From Escherichia phage vB_Eco_mar003J3, in sequence record NC_048203.1: a stretch of 64,000 nt of DNA. One strand, given 5' to 3'. A model generated the notes under the pieces. That model saw only the letters and a program-made list of their open reading frames with translations. It had not been told where the DNA came from and ran no database searches. Positions 60,868 to 64,000 of the stretch are shown here, piece after piece. Each line of letters begins with the position of its first letter. Position 1 is the first letter of the stretch. Made by a program: the position numbers and the translations under genes.

Positions 60868-61227
60868 TCAAGCAAGTACATTTTTAGCGATTTCTTGTAT
60901 TTCCTTAACGTCACTAACGAAAAGGTAATCAGAGCTTCCAGAGTGCATACTCTGCATAACCACACCATCCTCTGGTGCATCTTCTTTCAGTGTGATACCT
61001 AACCAGAACTCGGCAAAACTAGGTGTTACCTCACCTTGACTTGCCTTGAATACATCGGCTTCTGTAATCTCTTGACCAGTGGAGAGTCCCATGTATGGTA
61101 CGTTCAGATCAATATCTTTGTAGAATTCAGCTAGATCTTGTTCGAAGTCCCAACCTTTAGAGATAGCGAACTCACTTGTTACATGACCGAAATAGCCTTG
61201 AACCTTGCTTGATAATTGCATTTGCAA
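60868..61227 (-). CDS. hypothetical acidic protein
   Basis: 119 aa. Confidence 0.45.
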   Translation of the reverse strand: MQMQLSSKVQGYFGHVTSEFAISKGWDFEQDLAEFYKDIDLNVPYMGLSTGQEITEADVFKASQGEVTPSFAEFWLGITLKEDAPEDGVVMQSMHSGSSDYLFVSDVKEIQEIAKNVLA

Positions 61228-61246
61228 TTCCTTATTTTGAGTTAAT

Positions 61247-61320
61247 TGGTACTCGGTGATAGAATCGAACTATCGCAACCGCCGTGTAAAGACGGGGTTC
61301 TCCCATTAAACTAACCGAGC
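61247..61320 (-). tRNA. tRNA-Val, anticodon UAC
   Basis: acceptor GCTCGGT/ACCGAGT; loop TTTACAC; T-arm GATAG-TTCGATT-CTATC. Confidence 0.65.
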
Positions 61321-61329
61321 AAAGTAATT

Positions 61330-61407
61330 TGGTGGGTCGTGAAGGACTCGAACCTTCAACCTATTGCTTAAAAGGCAAGTGCTACTAACCAATTGAGCTA
61401 ACGACCC
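61330..61407 (-). tRNA. tRNA-Lys, anticodon UUU
   Basis: acceptor GGGTCGT/ACGACCC; loop CTTTTAA; T-arm GAAGG-TTCGAGT-CCTTC. Confidence 0.6.
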
Positions 61408-61591
61408 TTAATACGGATAAACTTCCTTAATAGAGTAAGCTTCTAAGTAGCGATGATTAATACCAAATTCAGCCATTACTTCATTTTCATCTTTACCATA
61501 GTGGGCTAAGGTATACTTCGAACGATCTTTGCTAGAACGTCGATCACTTACTACTAATCGAAATAATTTCATTTCGTATCCTCTACTAAAT

Positions 61592-61669
61592 TGGAAGCGG
61601 GTGTAGGAATCGAACCTACCTCTTACTAGCTTATGAGACTAGTGATCTCTACCAGAGATCTAACCCGCA
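61592..61669 (-). tRNA. tRNA, anticodon CAU (Met or Ile-lysidine), second copy
   Basis: anticodon arm CTAGT-CTCATAA-GCTAG; D-stem GATC/GATC. Confidence 0.55.
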
Positions 61670-61675
61670 ATTGTT

Positions 61676-61752
61676 TGGTCTCCAATGAAGGACTCGAACC
61701 TTCAACCCCACCGCCCCAAACGGTGTACTCTAGCCAATTGAGCTAATCGGAG
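61676..61752 (-). tRNA. tRNA-Pro, anticodon UGG
   Basis: acceptor CTCCGAT/ATTGGAG; anticodon arm CACCG-TTTGGGG-CGGTG. Confidence 0.65.
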
Positions 61753-62139
61753 AATATTATTTCTTTAGCCACAACATACTTAATCCTAGCATTGTGAAGC
61801 CTGTACTTAGTCCTACTACTTTCCACATCGTAGAAAGTACATCTATATTAAAGCCAACAATTATTACTGGAATTACCCAAGTACACATAAATACGGATGC
61901 AATTTTTACCTTCATTTCGCTTTCCTTTCATCACTTTATAAAATATATTATACAGAGAATTAAGCAGAATAGCAAATGAATTTTTAATAAATTTACTTAT
62001 TGTGTAGGCCACCTGGAGGCTATGAACCCCACGGCTGACAAAGAAGTTTGCGAGACCTCTCTTAAATGCCAGAATAGACCCGCCGATCTATCGGAACCTA
62101 CATAATAAGTAAACTTTCGCTTACTTATAAGTCAATCTA

Positions 62140-62260
62140 GGCAGGACTTGAACCTGCTATCACTTGTGCGGATTTACGAGAACCATTCTTTCACTCGAAT
62201 CGAACGAGCTTCTACCCTCGGCAAGCTGGTGACCCCTCTCCACCACGCTAGAATGTTTAA
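62140..62260 (-). ncRNA. two tRNA-like T-arm motifs without resolvable cloverleaves (possible degenerate tRNAs)
   Basis: GCAGG-TTCAAGT-CCTGC and GCTCG-TTCGATT-CGAGT present; acceptor pairing not found. Confidence 0.25.
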
Positions 62261-62261
62261 T

Positions 62262-62339
62262 TGGTACACCTGCTGAGATTCAAACTCAGTATCTTCCGAT
62301 TAAGAGTCGGTTGCTTTAAGTCAACTAAGCTACAGATGC
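62262..62339 (-). tRNA. tRNA, anticodon CUU (Lys-like)
   Basis: acceptor GCATCTG/CAGGTGT; loop CTCTTAA; T-arm CTGAG-TTTGAAT-CTCAG. Confidence 0.5.
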
Positions 62340-62345
62340 ATTGTT

Positions 62346-62420
62346 TGGCGGTACTAAGGGTAATCGAAACCCTACCTCTCCCGTGACAGGGGAGTATCCT
62401 AACCATTAGACTATAGTACC
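62346..62420 (-). tRNA. tRNA-Asp, anticodon GUC
   Basis: acceptor GGTACTA/TAGTACC; anticodon arm CTCCC-CTGTCAC-GGGAG. Confidence 0.7.
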
Positions 62421-62992
62421 TTTAACTTTTTAAGTTCTTTAGGATTGCCTCCTAAAGAAGTGTATCTTTTACGCAACCCATTGTCTGAATAACTTAACTT
62501 TCTCCCTGCACCTGACCAGCCTAGCTCTCTTACTGTAACCTCGATTATTTCTTTAGTTATAGAGATATCTTTTGGTTTATGTGAAGAGCACTCCTGACAT
62601 TTTTCAGCTTTTAAAGAAATAGCTTTACCACAATCCTTACAATAATTATCATGGTTTAGTTTACTAAATCCTTTGTCTTTTAAAGTCTTTTCTAGATGCT
62701 GCTCTTTTGTGAGCACTTGTAAGTTATTAAGACCCCAATAAGTAATGTCTGTGTTAATATGGTCAACTTCTAGTTCAGAGTCTAGACTTGGTAATTTCTT
62801 AAATGCACATGCTAAAATCCTATGTACACCGGTATTTCTCGGTTGACCATTTTTATGGAGACGTATAGATAAGTATCCGTAATTACTGGTTATTGGGGTT
62901 AGTATTTTGTTTGATTTGATACTAAATACTAACCCATCCAAACTTACTAAGTACTCCTCAAACCCTGGAATGGGTAAGGATATTCCGTGCAT
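62411..62992 (-). CDS. HNH homing endonuclease
   Basis: EVDHINTDITYWGLNNLQVLTKEQH HNH motif; embedded in tRNA array. Confidence 0.65.
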   Translation of the reverse strand: MHGISLPIPGFEEYLVSLDGLVFSIKSNKILTPITSNYGYLSIRLHKNGQPRNTGVHRILACAFKKLPSLDSELEVDHINTDITYWGLNNLQVLTKEQHLEKTLKDKGFSKLNHDNYCKDCGKAISLKAEKCQECSSHKPKDISITKEIIEVTVRELGWSGAGRKLSYSDNGLRKRYTSLGGNPKELKKLKVL

Positions 62993-62995
62993 AAT

Positions 62996-63181
62996 TTATT
63001 CAGCCCGAAGTTTTTCGATAGCTTCCTCAACCTCTTTTAGAGCTTCACGACGTGCATTCTGTTGCTGCATATCTTGAATTAATGTCAGTTTTTGGTTTTC
63101 AATTTCTTGATCACGAACCTTAATATTATTAATCAGATTATCACGATCAGCTTCTAGTCGAGCAATTGCACGAGTTGTCAT
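62996..63181 (-). CDS. small coiled-coil protein
   Basis: 61 aa. Confidence 0.4.
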   Translation of the reverse strand: MTTRAIARLEADRDNLINNIKVRDQEIENQKLTLIQDMQQQNARREALKEVEEAIEKLRAE

Positions 63182-63208
63182 ATCTATTTCCTCAGTTGTT
63201 AATGAAAT

Positions 63209-63291
63209 TGGCGGGCCGTGTAGGATTCGAACCTACGTTGTCTTTCGACATGGATTAACAGTCCACCGCCAAACCGCTTGGCTAACGACCC
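63209..63291 (-). tRNA. tRNA, anticodon GUU (Asn-like) with unusually long 13-nt variable region
   Basis: acceptor GGGTCGT/ACGGCCC; anticodon arm GTGGA-CTGTTAA-TCCAT. Confidence 0.5.
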
Positions 63292-63298
63292 TAAAATT

Positions 63299-63374
63299 TG
63301 GACGACCGCATGAGATTCGAACTCACATAAGGAGGTTTTGCAGGCCTCCGCCTAAGCCATTCAGCCAACGGTCG
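63299..63374 (-). tRNA. tRNA-Cys, anticodon GCA
   Basis: acceptor CGACCGT/GCGGTCG; loop CTGCAAA; T-arm GTGAG-TTCGAAT-CTCAT. Confidence 0.6.
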
Positions 63375-63552
63375 ATTTATCTTGCTTTTCGAGATTAGTA
63401 AACTCTAGATCTATAGAATGTCCTATAGATCTAGCATAATAGCCATCTCCAGCATCATAGCCTGACTTACCACACTCACACATCTTAAACTCTCTATAAC
63501 GAGTGAAAATATGTTCAGAACCACAACACTTAAATTTAACTAACATTTTCAT
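63361..63552 (-). CDS. small Cys-rich protein
   Basis: 63 aa; CCGSEH...CECGKSG. Confidence 0.4.
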   Translation of the reverse strand: MKMLVKFKCCGSEHIFTRYREFKMCECGKSGYDAGDGYYARSIGHSIDLEFTNLEKQDKSTVG

Positions 63553-63791
63553 TTAACACGCTCCGGTAAATCTTCGAGTTTATATTGAGTAGCCACATTA
63601 GCAGCATCTAGTAACAAACCCATATGTTTAAGAATCCTAGTGATAGCCTCGCCTTCTGCTTCTTCTACAAAAGTGCGTAGTTGAATGAAGTCAATACCAC
63701 CATCCATACCAGAGAAAATGTTAAGTAAGCGAAGCATTACCAGCTTACGTTCTTTCAGTTCTTGTTCTATCATGTTGCTTCTCCAGTTCAA
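63549..63791 (-). CDS. hypothetical protein
   Basis: 80 aa. Confidence 0.4.
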   Translation of the reverse strand: MNWRSNMIEQELKERKLVMLRLLNIFSGMDGGIDFIQLRTFVEEAEGEAITRILKHMGLLLDAANVATQYKLEDLPERVK

Positions 63792-64000
63792 TTTATGTAA
63801 TAATTATACAGAACTTTAAGGATTTAAGCAACTACATTTTTCAGAAATTTGATGCCTTTCTTACGCTTCTTATACCACCACGTCTTAGAGTTTTGTCGAT
63901 TATGAACGCTTGAGATCTTCGCCTCATTAAAGTGCTTCAAAAGCATATAATCAGCCCCTAATTGCTCAAGTGGAATGTGATCTCCACTAGAATCATAAAC

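Noticed and set aside
61980-62140. Possible degenerate tRNA (GGGGTTCATAGCC T-arm-like motif)
   Set aside because: No acceptor stem pairing; cloverleaf could not be built.

Overview
No tools were run; everything below is from reading the sequence and the supplied ORF track, and product names rest on remembered protein sizes and motifs of phage T5, not on a search. The window looks like part of a T5-like virulent siphophage genome (Demerecviridae-type), assembled with the terminal redundancy apparently collapsed. (1) 0.2-28.2 kb, minus strand: late module with two paralogous L-shaped tail fibre genes, p132-like, pb4-like, pb3-like hub (949 aa), Dit, tape measure (1235 aa), chaperone pair, tail tube with Ig-like domain, head completion genes, major capsid (458 aa), prohead protease, decoration protein, portal, HNH endonuclease, large terminase and a pb5-like receptor-binding protein, plus a divergent Llp-like lipoprotein. 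(2) 28.5-39.4 kb: pre-early region with dmp-like, A2-like and A1-like genes, a plus-strand cassette of small genes (35.5-38.2 kb) flanked by duplicated regulatory motifs, and a dense direct-repeat array resembling an injection-stop region. (3) 39.7-64 kb, minus strand: early genes (two metallophosphatases, glutaredoxin-like, holin and endolysin, ClpP-like, dNMP kinase, spanin pair, GrcA-like) and about 20 tRNA genes interleaved with small ORFs and an HNH endonuclease. The strongest leads are a single in-frame amber codon inside the distal tail fibre gene, and two near-consensus LexA-box-like palindromes with perfect DnaA boxes flanking the plus-strand cassette. No defence or anti-defence system of a known family could be identified by eye; the cassette and the first early genes after the repeat array are the best candidates for undescribed host-takeover or anti-defence functions.
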